A DNA stretch of 63,782 nucleotides, the filler included, from Folioceros fuciformis (taxonomy: Eukaryota), in NCBI GenBank assembly GCA_049999805.1. It is 12 parts of 12 records of this genome, joined end to end, with 100 filler letters (N's around TTAATTAATTAA, not from the genome) between each part and the next. Parts side by side here need not be neighbours in the genome. Positions count along the whole stretch, not along the records: positions 36,123 to 38,555 come from JBNGIO010001037.1; positions 38,656 to 40,577 come from JBNGIO010001038.1; positions 40,678 to 44,147 come from JBNGIO010001039.1; positions 44,248 to 46,576 come from JBNGIO010001040.1; positions 46,677 to 54,127 come from JBNGIO010001041.1; 7 more parts are not named here. The stretch is one strand, 5' to 3'. The position numbers and the translations under genes were made by a program. Positions 37,213 to 50,621 of this stretch are shown here, piece after piece (the first letter of the stretch is position 1; each line of letters opens with the position of its first letter). The notes under the pieces were generated by a model, which worked only from the letters and a program-made list of their open reading frames with translations, searched no databases and had not been told where the DNA came from.

Positions 37213-38085
37213 AATAGGGTAGTTGCTATTGTAGAAGGGATCCCCTAAGAGATTCTAAGTGTACATGAGAGGAGGAGGGGGCACAAGGGACCTTGAGTCA
37301 ACAAGATTTTTGGCCACAAAGGGGAGTTGTGCATGTGTTGCTCTCAAACAAGGTGGGCAAGGCGTAGACGACATCAGGCAAGGCTAAAATTGATTTTTGG
37401 CATCTTCATTTAAAAGCTAAACCAAGAGACACTCCCATGGAGACTTAGGTATTCGTTGATCCTATTGATGAGGAGGACAACATGGGTGAAGAGGACAACA
37501 TGGGTGATTAGGAAGCATGGGGCACCATCGGCAACGTCCACAATGGAGTATATGAGCTTTACTTTGCTGAAGGCAGCAATGTGGCAGTGGCAAAATATCG
37601 TCACAGGGTGGTCATGGTAATGGGTGGGCGATTCTACATCTCCATTAATGAAACCTCATATCGCTTGTTTTTTTTATCCTTGCCACATGCACTTGGAGTC
37701 TTCTAATTAAGGATTTGCCTTCTAATCCTTGGTTTTCTGAAACTCGTCCACTACAACTTCTCAGCCCTCACCTTTAGTTGAGTCCTTGGTAAAGAGTTAA
37801 GGCTAGACTACTCTATAGTTGTAAAAGTAAGTACAATTATGCCCATGTTATAAGTACATTTTAAGTTTGTAGTCTTTGTATTTAGATAAAATGACACATC
37901 CAGGATGCAAGTTGTGCACAATGTACATCTAAGGTTTGAGAAGAGCAAGCTTTAGTCTTGATTGTCTTTGAAATTACAACATAATCTTGAGATCCATCGT
38001 AACAACCTTATTTGATGATATTATTGAGTTCATCCTTAAGTTTGATACGATGAACTCATGATATATTAGTTCATGGGTTCATGAA

Positions 38086-38465
38086 CTCACTCTTAACTTG
38101 ATTCCATTTTAGGTTCTCAAATTCACTAACAAGTTACACGATCCTGCACATGCACACTCTTAACTAGATTCCATTCCAAGTTCTCAAATTCACTAACAAG
38201 TTACATGATCTCAAATTCACTAACAGGTTACATGATCCTACACGTAGACACTCTGAACTAGATTCTACATCTACCTAGTCACGTGACCTTGTACATTTAC
38301 ACTCTTATTTAGATTCTATTATAGGTTCTCAAATTAAATTCACTAATAAGTCACACGATCTTGCACATGCACATTCTTAACTAGACTCCATAGAAAGATT
38401 CTATGTTCTCAAATTCACAGCCAAATCGTATCATCTTGCACATGCACATTCTTAACTAGATTCCA
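38086..38465. repeat. Imperfect ~67-bp AT-rich tandem repeat
   Basis: Recurring TTCTCAAATTCACTAACAAGTTACACGATC..GCACATGCACACTCTTAACTAGATTCC, about 5-6 partial or complete units. Confidence 0.8.
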
Positions 38466-38826
38466 AAGAGAGAATAAAAACTTACAACTATAACAAACAT
38501 CATTGAACTAGGCTTTTATTCTTTCTTAACCACATACACACATCTAGATTTATACNNNNNNNNNNNNNNNNNNNNNNNNNNNNNNNNNNNNNNNNNNNNT
38601 TAATTAATTAANNNNNNNNNNNNNNNNNNNNNNNNNNNNNNNNNNNNNNNNNNNNTAACAACTAATACTTTATAATTTTTTCATGTTATTTTCTTATTAA
38701 GTTGTGAAATTTTCATGTCATGTAACAATATAGAATCTTAGGAAGGATATAATTATGTATAAGACCATATAATAATGTCACCTTCAGCTCTCAAATTAAA
38801 TTCAGCTTCCTTGCGAATGGGATAAA

Positions 38827-40577
38827 GTGAGGATTATCCAAGTCTCTAGGACCAATATTGCTCGTAAAATGGCTACAGTAGAACTTTTGAGCAAGGAAAA
38901 TACAAACATCCATATGACTCACGTCCCAATTTATGCAAGACCATGGAATTCCCTTGCAAATAAATTGCAAGCTCAAGAATTACAAGCATTTTTGAATAAT
39001 TATGAAGTTTCACCACAAGCTACTCAAAGTATGAGATATGCAATACCATCCAGGAGACATCATGCTATGTTGTACCAAGAGGATATGTCTTTAAACAATA
39101 GGTATAAAGATGTAGTACAATCACATGTAAGGATGGGGATGCAACAGCATAATAGAAGCATGCAAAATAACTTAGGTTCTCTAATGATAGACCAATGTGC
39201 TGAATCAAATAAAACATCACCCATAAGGACAAAGGCTCCACTTAAAAAGAAACCTTTGGAACCACCTCCTCTTTGTTCAATATGCAATAATATTTCTCCA
39301 CAATTTGGTCAAGCGCCTAGGCAATTCACTTATTCTGAACTTCAAGTAGCTACCAACAATTTTTCTAGACATGGATATTTGGCCGAAGGAGGTTTCGGAT
39401 TTGTTTATAGAGGAACTCTTTTGGATGGTCAAGAGGTTGCGGTGAAGCAATATAAACACGCAAGCTTGCAAGGGGATAAGGAATTTTGTGCGGAGGTAGA
39501 GGTTTTGAGTTGTGCTCAACATCTTAATGTTGTTAAACTTATTGGATATTGTTTAGAGGATCAAAGAAGGTTACTTATCTACGAGTTTGTGTGCAACGGG
39601 TCTCTTGACTGGCATTTGTCTCGTAAGCTTCGCAAACTTTATAAATATTCATCATAAGTATTTGTTACATTGATATGATTTTGTTTTCATGCACTAATGA
39701 TGCCTTATTGTATTAATAGCTTTCAACCCACATGTTCTCAAGTGGAAGCATCGCGAAAAAATAGCAGTTGGTACAGCACGCGGACTTCGTTACTTACACG
39801 AAGAAGTTCGTGTGGGATGTATTGTGCATCGAGATTTGCGGCCAAACAACATCTTATTGACGCATGACTTCACACCAATGGTACGTTTAGAAAGGAAAGA
39901 CTGACATAAGGGTTAGTATCTTGTTTGGAGATTGAACATCAAAATTTAGTGTGTTTCAATTGAATGCGTCCAATATTAGTAGACGAATTTTAGATTCAAG
40001 AGTTCAATATTGACAACTTTGATATAAGAGTTATAACCACTAAGATGTATCAACATGGTTTGTAAATGTCATAAGGTCGGAGACTTTGGATTGGCTAGAT
40101 GGCAACCTGATGCAAATCGGGCAGTACAAACTCAAGTTATAGGCACACTTGGGTAGGATTTGCATATTTTTATTTTTTAAAGTTAAATTTTAAGTTTATA
40201 TAATGCTAACCATTCTTCTGTTGTAGATACTTAGCTCCTGAATATGCAGAGACCGGTCATATCACAGACAAGGCAGATGTTTATTCGTTTGGTGTCATTT
40301 TACTACAATTAATAACTGGTCGAAAGGCTTTGGATGCTTCTCGACCAAAGGGACAACAATGTCTTACAGATTGGGTAACTTCCATTATCGCAATCCATTT
40401 AATGTACGATGGATAAGAAAATATTTTCAAATAAATTTCTACCTAAAGTCTTTTGTTAAATATACAACTGATGTTTGTTGTGATGTTTCATGTAGGCACG
40501 TCCTCTTTTAGAGGAGCGACTTACTAGTAAATTAATCGATCCTCGTCTTCAAGATGCGGATGAATATGAACTATATT
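38827..40577 (+). CDS. RLK/Pelle cytoplasmic kinase of the PPPLCSIC / HRDxRPNN clade (SELMODRAFT_444075-like), partial
   Basis: [75 protein letters not shown]. Four short GT-AG introns. 3' end lost in gap, start uncertain. Confidence 0.92.
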
Positions 40578-41171
40578 NNNNNNNNNNNNNNNNNNNNNNN
40601 NNNNNNNNNNNNNNNNNNNNNTTAATTAATTAANNNNNNNNNNNNNNNNNNNNNNNNNNNNNNNNNNNNNNNNNNNNAGGAGACGGACTGGTGGGCATGT
40701 CACCAGAAGGGGAAGCGAGACAGCACAACAAGAAGTTGTCCCGGAGCAGGCTGAGCAAGGCTAGGAGGTTGTCCAGGAGCAGGCGGAGTAGGGGCAGGTT
40801 GAGAAGGAGCAAGAGGCACCTCAGGAACAGGTGCTAGAAATGGAAGTGACCCAACCTAAGGTGATGAGCAAATTAGGGCACGTTCCGGAACAGGAACCCT
40901 TCCCGGGATGGGAGGAAAATTTTTAGAAGGATTCCTCTGGACGACAGGTTGCAGGCATGAGACCTGGAGAGGCTGCGAGCGCTGCTAGGACGGCATATCA
41001 CGAACAAGGGGATGGCTCCAAGTCGGGAGTCGCAGGAGGTGGACCTCAGCGATGGTGCAGGCTTAGGCAAACTTGCTGGACTAGGCAGCCAGGGCGCTGA
41101 CCTGGTTGAGTATGCAAGCGGAGAGGGAGGCTGAGGCCCGGGGCAAGGAGGCAGAAGCTTGCGAGAAGGAG

Positions 41172-41336
41172 TGTGGCGTTAAAATATGGTACACGGGGGT
41201 ACCGCGAGGTCCACACAAGCCCTCTATGTCGTTGTAGCTCTGGGATTCGATCCCAAGGGAATGATTTGTGTTAAACTACACAAGTTAGCTTCTAAAGTCA
41301 ATTAACACCTAAAGCTCGACTGACCCACACACACAC
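41172..41336 (+). mobile_element. TG-starting LTR-like terminus, family C copy 1 (element extends rightwards)
   Basis: Near-identical direct copy at 43883-44047. Confidence 0.7.
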
Positions 41337-42606
41337 GTCCAGTGCTCGGACCTTACCAAGCCCCCTTACTTCTCCCACCAGACGACCCCTCAACCTCCCA
41401 GACGCCCCAGGGACTACCTCCCCCTGGACTACTCTTGGTTGCCCACTGGGCTACCCTCCGTTCTCCAATGGACTACTACCGTCGCCCCCTGGACTACCTC
41501 CGTCGCTTTTCGGGCTACCTCCAGTCGTCTCTCCGGCGACGGTCGCCTGACGGTCTACCGCTCGTGGGTCCCACTCTCTCTCTCTCTCTCTCTCTCATTT
41601 CCCTCTCTCTAGGGTTTTCTCTCTTCCACCGAGTCGTTCCTACCTGACTGATTACCTCCTGCCCGCGCATCCCCTTTTGCGCTTCCCTTCCTTGGTTCAC
41701 CACAAAACCGCCTCACTCACCTCAGGAAGAAGCGCACGCACACATGAACAGCAGCAATCTGTTGGACGCCTTCCACCCTCGTGATCTCACACCTTAGATA
41801 CACCCCCTACGGTCTCAATTCAGCTTCTTCACAGCCTCTCCAGTCTCATCGCGTCCAGTCACACATACACACCATGTCTCGTTGCACCCCACACACATTA
41901 CTCACCTCGTCTCCAGGGTTTCCCCGGCTTCGTTCTCTCTTACCCCACTCACCAGTTCTCTGTATACATTCTGCCCGTCTTAACAGTCGTCGAATCACTT
42001 CCACTCCGCTTCACTTCCTGCTTCCACTCTTTCTAGCTTCCTTTTTGCATTCGCTCTTACCCACTACTCAGCCACTCGCTCCTCCTCCTTCTCACACACG
42101 CGCACTCTCGCGCTCTCCTTTCTCCGGTTCTTCAGTCTTCTTTCTCAGCGATGCCCCTCCTGGGCTCCTATTAACGTTGAGAAATGGTGAGGTATCGGGG
42201 CTAAGGGAAGAGGAGTCCCTTCCACTCCGAACTCGCGGATTCAGCTCCGACACCTGCACCACCCCACGTGACCACCTCGACGATAGCTGGGGAGCTTCTC
42301 TCCCACTCGGCGAGGCTCCTCCTCCCGATTCGTCCCCGGACCTGATCACGGAGTGCCCACCACCCACACCCGCACCCCAGGTTGCTACGTGCGCTCGCTT
42401 GCCTAGACCTCCTCTCCAGCAACGGCCATCGCTAGGTCCCTGCAAGGTTGACTGTTCGGCTGGTTCTTGCTGATTTCTTAGGCCTTCGAACCGGCCTCTT
42501 GTACACGGTGATTGCGAGTTTTTCCGCCATAAAGTCTGTCAGGCAGGTGAGCTGCGCTCTTAAATTCTGAGCGACTTAGGTCCAAATAAAGCACGTTAAA
42601 AAAATC

Positions 42607-43882
42607 CTATTCTAGCCTGCATTTACTATCGCCCTTTCCCACGCCGCTGGCGGCTTCCTTCTGGCCTTCACCCCTTGCTACTCCTCCTCTCGCTCTTCTG
42701 CCCCTCCGTTGGTCCGGTAGATCCTCCCAGAGGATCTCCACATCACTGCTGCTACTGCTGGACCTGGCTGGCGGCACAGGTGGGTCCCGCCGCTGTGGTC
42801 CACCACTCCTCCTCCTTCTCTGGTTGCTGAGGACAGCCACAGGCCCCCGTTCTACCCAGCCCTGGGCCTCCTCTTCCGTCAGTTCCTCCAGAACTGCCTC
42901 CGCATAGCAGTGGGGCAGTCCTGTCACCCACCAACTGTAGTGGTAGAGTCCCAGGCGCGTCCTCAACTACAGGCTGTAGCCCCGCGTCCCTCCTGTGCCC
43001 ATACGTACATACAGAAACAGCTTCAGAACCCTGGCCCCTTCAACATACAGGCCTGGCACATAGGAGGCCTCCTCCTCATACTGCAGCACAATCCGACCTT
43101 CTGTCATAACAGAGGTGCTTACCCCGTCCTCCCTTGGGCTACCTCGGGTTGCCTGCTCCCCCTCCTGCTGGGGTACCTGAAGGTTCTCTGCCTGCCCAGT
43201 TGTTGCCTCCTCCGGCTCTGTCCTCCTGGTACGGGTCACCCTCCTGGAGCGCCTAGGGGCAAGCGCCCCTACTGCTTCCTCCTTCGTTTCCAGGGTTGGT
43301 GCTTCAGCTATCATGGGCCTTGCTGAGCCACCGGTAGCCCCGTCGGCTACTCGACTACCGGTAGTCCCGTGGACTACTGTTCCCTTGGTTCGGCTACCGG
43401 TAGCCCCTTCTGCTACCGGGGTCGCCGACTGACTCGGACGCCCAGCCTTGCCCTTCCCCTTCACTCTCTCTCTGGCCTCATCCCGCTCCCGCTTGTATCT
43501 GTCAGCCAACTTCTGAGCCTGCTCCACAGCGGCTATCTCCATCTCCTGTGCCTTGGCCATTTCCTGTTGCATCTCCAGGTTAGTCTCGTGAGCCTCCCTC
43601 ACCTGAGCTAGCAGGGTCCCCTGTTTCAGCGCCTGCACTTCAGCCCTCGCCTCGCGCGCCTCTTCCTCGGCTTGAGCCTTCTCCCTGTCCAGGACCCGCT
43701 GCTTCTCCTCCAGCAGTTGCCGCGCCGTCTCCGACTCCGCCAGTTGCCTCCTTGCTTTAGCCTCTTGCTCACGAACCTTCTCCTCCTTTCCCCGAGCCTC
43801 GGCCTCTCGCTCCGCTTGTACACTTAACCAGGTCAGGGCCCTTACAGCCTGATCCAGGAGGTCTGCTTGGGCTTGCAGCATC
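42607..43882 (-). pseudogene. Coiled-coil accessory ORF of a retroelement, interrupted; homologous remnant on + at ~40678-41171
   Basis: AQADLLDQAVRALTWLSVQAEREAEARGKE matches the + strand remnant ANLLD*AARALTWLSMQAEREAEARGKE (~41066-41150). Embedded among LTR pieces. Confidence 0.55.
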
Positions 43883-44047
43883 TGTGGGGTTAAAATATAG
43901 TACCCAAGGGTACCGCAAGGTCCACACAAGCCCTCTATGTCGTTGTAGCTCTGGGATTCGATCCCAAGGGAATGATTTGTGTTAAACTACACAGGTTAGC
44001 TTCTAAAGTCAGCTAACACCTAAAGCTCGATTGACCCACCCACACAC
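43883..44047 (+). mobile_element. TG-starting LTR-like terminus, family C copy 2; interrupted at 44048 by another TG-starting sequence
   Basis: Matches 41172-41336. Confidence 0.7.
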
Positions 44048-45425
44048 TGTTGAGTTATCGAGCTCTATATGAGCTAAACTCATGTGGTGTTAGTTATCCT
44101 AGTTGGGTTCATACTAGACTAGTTCTAGTTATTAGTGAACTTAGGATNNNNNNNNNNNNNNNNNNNNNNNNNNNNNNNNNNNNNNNNNNNNTTAATTAAT
44201 TAANNNNNNNNNNNNNNNNNNNNNNNNNNNNNNNNNNNNNNNNNNNNGGGGGTAGGGTGTGCCCGTGGAGAGGGACGCCGGCGTGTGTGGAGCCCTAAGT
44301 CGAGCGTGTGAGGGCAAGTTGTGGCCTCGGGAGCGTACGAAAGGGGTTTAGGGTGTAGGTGTGTGGGTGCCGTGCTTAGCCTTGCCATGGCCTAGCCCAA
44401 GTGCGCCGGGGGGGCTAAGGATCCTAAGAGCAGGCAGATGGATAGGCCAGGAGCAGGGCCAGGCTTGGTCGGATCCTGGTCGGCAGGCAGGCAGCCAGTA
44501 TGCCGGCGGATGGCGGGTGATGCCTGGCTGAGGGGTCTCGCCGGCAGGAGCCAGCTTGCGGCCTCTGGGAAAGCAGCGGCAGTAGGCTGGCAGACCGGTT
44601 GCAGGTGGACCAGCCATGACGGCCCGACTAGCCGGCGGGCGAGTCTGAGGCGGATTAAGGGGCTGGCAGTCGCTCGGCCTACTAGCAGCAGGATGGACCA
44701 AGATGGCAGGCAGCCAGCGGCGGTAGTGGGGCTGGGTGGCTGGCTGGCCGACTCTGGAGCCGGGCTGGCTCTGGCTAGTCCAACCCGGCACGGCTAGGCC
44801 AAGTAGGCTGGTTGCTGGCGGATCCGAGGAGGCCTAATCCAGGCTAGGCCCAGCTGCTGGAGATCAGGTAGGCCGGCTGGCGATGACAGCTCCGGGCAGG
44901 CAGCAGCCAGGCGGGTCGGTGTCAGGCTCCTGGTAGGTGCTAGTCAAGGCTAGAGGGCACTTGGCCGGCAGGCTCCAGGAGGCCTAGCAAGATCAAGGGC
45001 TGGTAAGATGGGCTGCGGCGGCTGGCTAGCAGGATGGGGGGAAGATGAGTTAGCAAATCTAATCAACCAGGAGGCCGAATCGACAAGCAGGCCTAGCTGG
45101 ATCAGCGGAGCGGCCTGGCAACGGATCTAAGCTTGCAGCTAGGCAGGTGGATCGAAGCAAGAGCCATCCAGGCTGGTCGGTAGGGTGCTGGTGAAACCAG
45201 GCAGCAGATCCATCCGGCTGGGCAGGTGGCCTGGTCGTGGAAGGCTGGCAGGTGGCGGCGGATCCGGCCTATCGCAGGCAACTGACGGGCTGGATGCTGG
45301 CTGGCTGGTGGATCCAGGCCTAGACCGGTGGAGCCCGGGCTGGAAGATGGATCTAGCCAGCAGGCGGATCCGCATGCGTGGCGGGCCGGAGTTGGATCCG
45401 GCTGCGGACCCGAATGGATCCAAGG

Positions 45426-45573
45426 GCCAGCATGTAGGCGAGCGGGTTGACTTGGGTGCCAAGCCAGCATGTAGGCAGGCGGGTTGACTTGGGTGCCAAG
45501 CCAGCATGTAGGTAGGCGGGTTGACTTGGGTGCCAAGCCAGCATGTAGGCAGGCAGGTTGACTTGGGTGGCAA
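45426..45573. repeat. 37-bp tandem repeat x4 within a GC-rich repetitive contig (44248-46576)
   Basis: Unit GCCAGCATGTAGGCAGGCGGGTTGACTTGGGTGCCAA, no spacers. Confidence 0.93.
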
Positions 45574-47307
45574 GCTTGCTGGTTGGTTGGCCGGCCACAT
45601 CGACGGCGGGTTCACGGCAACCCAGTGGCGGCGCTGCATCCAGGCCTGGGAGTGGTGTCGGATCCAAGGTAGTCGGGGCTGGATCCGGAAGCCAAGCACC
45701 GGCGTGGCTGTAGGAACTCAAGCAGCCAGGCAAGCTGGCCTTTGGCTTCTAAGTGGGCGAATCCAGCAGCCACCCAGGCCGGGCAAGCTGGCTGCCTGGC
45801 CAGATCCGAAAGGCAGGAGGCCGATTTGCGGCCTTTGGGGGACGGAGGATCCAGGCAGCCAGGTTGTCTGGCTGGACCGTGGCCAGATTGGTGGGCTGGC
45901 TGAGTTGTTGCCGAAGCAGCCAGGCTACACGGGGCAAATCTGGCCGGAATGGCAGGCCGGCTGAAGGCAACCTTACAGGTGGATCCGTCTAGGCAGGCGC
46001 TGGGCGAGCAGGTGGCCAAGGAAGGCAGGCAGGCCTGCAGGTTGGATTTAGCCAGCCAGCGGACCGGCCTCGCTGTAGCTGGAGGCGGCCAAGCAGATAG
46101 CCCAAACTTTGGGCTAGTAGGGTCTAGGCGCTGGCCGGCCAGGCAGGCAGCCAGAGGCGGCGCTGGATCCAGGCCAGGCGGGCCTCGAACTAATCCAAGC
46201 TGTGATGGCTGGCAGGTGAGTCTGAGGCGGATCAAGGCGGCGGTTGGCCAGGGAGGGAATCCTGGCTGGGGGAGGCCTGCTGGCTGGCGGGTGAATCCAG
46301 CAGGCTAGATGTGGAGGCAAAACCCCGGGCACTGATTGCCAACGGGTTCCACCTTTAGTGGCCACACTTATCCCACTGTCGTTGAGACATTGGGTTTCGT
46401 TCCCACGAAGGAGCGATGGGGTTCCTTGCTGCTGTGGATGGAGGGTCGGACTTGATCAACTCGATGATGGATTCGAGGGCTCCCCTCCAGCTCCGATCAG
46501 GCGTAGGACAGGCCTAGCTGTTCGGCGGTGAGCTGCACCTCTCTTGGTGCCCACAAACTCACTCCAGTCACTACAANNNNNNNNNNNNNNNNNNNNNNNN
46601 NNNNNNNNNNNNNNNNNNNNTTAATTAATTAANNNNNNNNNNNNNNNNNNNNNNNNNNNNNNNNNNNNNNNNNNNNGTGGAGATCAATAAAGATCTTTCT
46701 TTCTCTCATTTCCTATATTTATATTTGCCTCATCGAGATTCATCTATGACCTAAGTTTTGTTTTAAGTATGATAAATATTTTAGTAAAAAAAGACTTTAT
46801 TGGAAAACAAGATGGAGAAACTCATCTACTGCAGAGGAGAAACCCATTTACCCCAAAAAGGAAGGAAAAAGAAGGACTACAACACTACTAGGATGAAGAA
46901 AACTAACCCTAAACTAATATATTATAATCTAGGAGAAGGGTCCTCCTTCCTTGGGCATAATTGACCAAGTTATCTGTGGGTTATATGCAGAGCTGGAGCG
47001 AGCGCTAGGCCAAGCTTAATGATGATGTGATAAAATGTAGCCAAGCCATACACAAGTGAGATAGAAATGAGATAGTGTAGCCTAGCTGTACGTAACAATG
47101 AGGTATTGAATAATAACGAGTCCATAAACTAACGTGACCACGCCGCCAAAGGATGGTGGCTCGTATTCCGTTGCCAAGCGAATACGATGGGACACACTTT
47201 GCTGGACAGATTGGTGGTGTACAGATTGGTGGTGTATCTTGCTGCATTTTACTAAGTGGCTGCGAAGTTGGTGGTACTACGCATCTCAAGTGGTCAAAAG
47301 GTCTCAG

Positions 47308-50300
47308 CTAACAGGCGAAGATATGTTCGGTTCTCCTTGTCTCGTGGGATGTGTCAAACCCGTACTCAATGAGCATGTCCACCATCCTTTTGTTGTTGTA
47401 CCCGACGGCACGGTCCATGGCCGTGTGGTTCTGTCTGGCCAGGGCATTGGCATCGGCGCCGGCTTTGAGAATAATCTCCATGACCTCCTCCGATGGCAAG
47501 TCTGCTGCGTAGTGCAAGGCTTCGGTGCAGTTCCGTTTAACCAGCTTCGACACGCTGGAAAACTTCTCGGAGTTCACTGCAACACCTTCGTTTATCAGGA
47601 ACCGAACGATGTCTGTCTGCCTGTGCTGAACTGCCCAGTGGAGGGGGGACCTCATCTTCTCGGGGCTTCTTGCCCCGTACAGGTCTGCCCCTTGGCTGTG
47701 TAGGAGCTGTAGGATGGCCAAGTGTCCTTTCCTGCAGCACGTTTCGAGCAGGTCAAGTTGGTCGTTTGCGCTGAAGTTGACCTTCAGTGGGTGAGTGGAC
47801 AAAATCTGTGACACCTTGTTGACGTCTCCTTCTTCTACAGCTGGAGCTAGGGAGTCTGGGAGTCCCCGTGATTTCTTGCTAGGGTCTTGCACTTGTGCTG
47901 GAGAATGAGTGAGATCCGGCTCTTTCTTCTTTTGCTCTGCTTTTTGTCCTGTTAAAATTTCAGCTTGCTGCAGGAAGCTCTGCAGATCCACTGCTGCATT
48001 GTCTACTGCAATATCGAGGGCTGTCTGGCCAAGCTTGTTCTCCAGGTGCACTTCTACCCCGTTGTTTATCAGAAGTTGTGCGATTTCGATGCTTCCTTTA
48101 TCTTGGGCAACCACATGTAAGAGAGTGTTCCCTTCCTGGTCTACGAACTTTGCATTTGCTCCCATTTCGAGAATCAGGGTTTTCGCCATGCCCAGATTAC
48201 CTGACCTGCAGAGCTGACGAAGTGGTGGGTACGGAAAGTTCTTATTACTCCACCCATCTATGTGCTTTAGGTTCTTAATGCGGCCCTTCAGAAGCTCCAA
48301 CAACTGCCCATCTTGTTGGTCGCAGATATACTCTAAAGGGTGAAGATCAAAATACGAGTAACCATCGAATCTGTATCCAAGCTCCATCAACTTTCGGACA
48401 GCTTGGACACTCCCGTGTCTGCAGGCCTGAGCAGCCAGATTTCCATTATAGACATGTCCCGTATTTCCTCCCCTTTCAAGGAGAAACACGACCGTATGTG
48501 CTTGATCCTCTTGCACAGCATAAAGCAGAGGAGTTGTGAGATTGACGTAACGGTAGCCTAACTTCACAGTCGTGTTCACATAATTCTGGGAGCCAGATCT
48601 TCTCCTCTTACCCCCAGTATATGCCAAGGCATCCAACAGCACCTGAATCAGCTCGTTCCTCCCACTTTGTGCGAGCTTATGAATGGGCTCCAGCAGTTCC
48701 TGCTCGTAGTAGGTGCTGAAATCCATCTGCATATCGAATACCAGGAAACGCAGGATGTCGGCATTGTCGTAGTTGCAGGCCTCGTGAACAAGATCATGTT
48801 CTTGGCTGAGAATGTTCCCCCACTGGCTAACTAGAAACCTCAAAACTGAAATGCTACCCTCTACAACGCAAACATAGGCCATCTCAACAACATCCCGGCT
48901 GGGTTGGAAGTCCCATTCAGCCCTGTCAATGACGTGCTTCAATCCATCCGCAAAATCCAGCCTGCAGAAATGGTGGATCAAACGATGTCCATCCCCGTCT
49001 ACTATCAAATTCTTTGATGGCTGCATCAGCACCCAATGTTGAACCCCAGGAAACCGTAGTTTAGAGCGCATGACCATCTCCTGATACTGCTGGCTGGTGC
49101 GAAAGTCATGTTCCTCTGCATCTCTTCCAGCGGTACAGCATGTCTCACAGATGAAGGAGTACAAGTCTTCCACCTCCTTCAAACACTGCACCAGAGTCGT
49201 CCTGACTTTTCTAGGAGCACAGCAGCCCTCGGCAATACCTGCTAGTCTCTCCACTACTTGCTTGAGCCGGTCTTCAAAGTCTTCAAGAGGTTCAATAGGG
49301 ATGGGAACACCACCGACCAGCTTGTCACAAACAAAATCATTCTCTACTAACTCGGGAATCCTGCCATCCAGAAACATCTCCACAAGAATCATACCCAGAG
49401 AATAGACATCTGAGGGGAAAGGGTTCTCCTTCAGTTGCTCTGAGGCGTCAGACGATTCTGAGTAGTCGTAAACCTCAGGAGACACCCAGAAAAGAGATCC
49501 AGCAAAAGTCCGATAATAGGACTTATCCCTCCGGAGGTCCTTATGAAACTGAGGCCAAAATCCACTAGTCGTGGTCTCATAAAATCGTCAAGCAACACAT
49601 TCTCTCCTTTCAGGTCTCCATGGCACACTCCTTGCTTGTGGCAAAACATGACAGCAAGAACAAGCTCTCTGAATATCTCAATCTTTGTCTTCCACCATCG
49701 CAGATCTCTCTCACGTGACAAATCCTCCTTACACGATCTCTGCAGAAAGCTGTTCAAATTGCTGTTCTGGACTCTCTCCATCACAATGCAGGGGCTGTCC
49801 AGCTCCTTGATAAAGAGCACCCCATGCACAGTCACAACGTTTCTAGAACTCCACAAATTCCTCATCCGCAAAGCTTCATTCACAAGGTCACCTAAGCTGT
49901 CAGCAGAATACTGGGTGAGCCTCTTCACAGCGACCTCGACATAGCGGTCTGTTTCTTCCTTGGCCGGATCAAGCAACTCCACAGGGGCATCCCATCCCAC
50001 CACCATGCCGTGCTGCAAATCATGCATCATAATCAAATTCTCCTTTTCATATGTGACTAGACCAGATGGAGTCAGTCTGGTGTCTGTGCGCTTGCGAAGC
50101 CTTGCGAGGTAGACTGATCCGAACCCACCACTTCCAAGGGTTTTGAAGCGTTGCTGCGGCCCTGCGTCTGTCTCCAGTTGCAGATCCTCCAGCGAGTAAC
50201 GTTCCGGGTCATCCTGATGATGCTGCCTGTACCTCTCCATGCGTGGTCCGGTTGCACAGGCTGGAAGCCGTCGAACCAGAGTTGCCTTTTGACGTTCTTG

Positions 50301-50615
50301 TAATAAGCTGCGCGCATATGTACATTGTGGTGGGGTCAACTTGCCCAGTCAAACGGGTGCAGGTCACGGCGCATTTGACAGCTCTGGGATACGGCATGTC
50401 GAACAAACCCTCTGTCGGCTTCTTCGAGAGGCTCCCACTTCTTACAAGTCCGTACGTAGCATGTGTTCAAAGTTTCTTCGAATTCAGGTGATATTTCATC
50501 CCGTAGGCTTTCCGTGAATGGCCTTTGCAAATGCACAGCAACTGAGTTGAAGAGTGGACGACAGAATCTCACGCGTTGCCCAGATTGTGTGCCAAACTTC
50601 AGCAGCTCAAACGGC
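47308..50615 (-). CDS. Intronless TKL-like protein kinase with ~13 C-terminal ankyrin repeats; frameshifted, 5' end unresolved
   Basis: LGSGGFGSVY, VAVKRL, EALRM, HGDLKGENVLLD, DFGLS in ORF 49431-50339. After a 1-nt shift near 49528 it continues as DKSYYRTFAGSLFWVSPE..SDVYSLGMIL in ORF 47308-49485. Ankyrin repeats include TTPLLYAVQED, GNTLLHVVAQ, GQTALDIA, RSPLHWAVQHRQ. Confidence 0.85.
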
Positions 50616-50621
50616 TCTCAA

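Noticed and set aside
45426-45573. CRISPR-like 37-bp repeats
   Set aside because: Head-to-tail minisatellite without spacers.
44248-46576. Many overlapping ORFs on both strands
   Set aside because: GC-rich repetitive DNA with no domain signal in any frame.
46569-46576. CACTACAA at contig end as a CACTA transposon TIR
   Set aside because: Only 8 nt before the gap and no partner TIR; plausible but unsupported.
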